A DNA stretch of 64,000 nt from the NCBI RefSeq assembly GCF_009914755.1, contig NC_060937.1; one strand, written 5' to 3'. Positions 58,098 through 64,000 of the stretch are shown piece after piece. A program made the translations under genes and the position numbers. The notes beneath the pieces were generated by a model. The model did no database searches. It had not been told where the DNA came from and saw only the letters and a program-made list of their open reading frames with translations. This DNA is from the human T2T-CHM13v2.0 reference genome, Homo sapiens. Every line of letters begins with the position of its first letter. The stretch's first letter is position 1.

Positions 58098-58516
58098 GTA
58101 ACCCAGGGCCCTTGGATTTTTGATTACCTACTTGTACCTGTTGCACCTTGAGTTCCTACTGTTTCAGAAGCTTCCAGGAAGAAGCTCAGGCCCCGGGGGG
58201 AGGTGAACTTGGGTGAACCCTCCTCATTACCATCCTCAAATCCCCACCCAGGGAGGAGTTCATTCACCATTTCCTATGCATGTGGCGTAGAAGCAAGATG
58301 GGAACCTGTGCTGCGCTGCCTTGACTCCCAGCCACATGCCATGACGCAGCGCACCAGCCCAATAAAAGCCCCTATTTCACTTTTTTGGGGGAGGAACTGC
58401 TTTCGGAACTACCCGAGTGCTCTCCTTAGTTGTTGCAAGTAGTAAAATCCCTCTGGGTTGTGGTCATTAGACCATCGCCCACCCTGTGGTCAAACCCACC
58501 TGTTGTTAGGGGAACA
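58098..58516 (+). mobile_element. Probable ERVL-class solo LTR (MER73/74/LTR47-like)
   Basis: TG...CA ends, 'aataaaagcccc', 'ctgctttcggaactacccgagtgctctccttagttgttgcaagtagtaaaa'. Confidence 0.5.
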
Positions 58517-58519
58517 GGA

Positions 58520-63700
<5,181 letters not shown>

Positions 63701-63720
63701 AGACTAGCAACAATGAGTGA

Positions 63721-64000
<280 letters not shown>

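Overview
Human (primate) genomic DNA containing the complete testis gene TEX29 (C13orf16, 13q34) on the + strand. I assembled the CDS by hand from five GT-AG exons (4354-4411, 11709-11819, 23385-23454, 27786-27961, 29113-29153). They total 456 nt, or 151 aa: [151 protein letters not shown]. The rest is intronic or intergenic sequence rich in Alu, L1, MaLR LTR, MER and MIR repeats, and the supplied ORFs are essentially all spurious. Four features stand out. (1) A 3.2 kb intronic VNTR of exactly 74 x 43 bp has an internal higher-order duplication and appears to derive from a MIR tail. (2) A tiny L1PA insertion shows both a twin-priming 5' inversion and a 3' transduction between 13-bp TSDs. (3) TEX29 has a trefoil-like six-cysteine exon module. 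(4) There is a GC-rich mosaic minisatellite. I see no support for a CRISPR array or any wholly new system. Repeat subfamily names come from recalled consensus sequences and need RepeatMasker confirmation.
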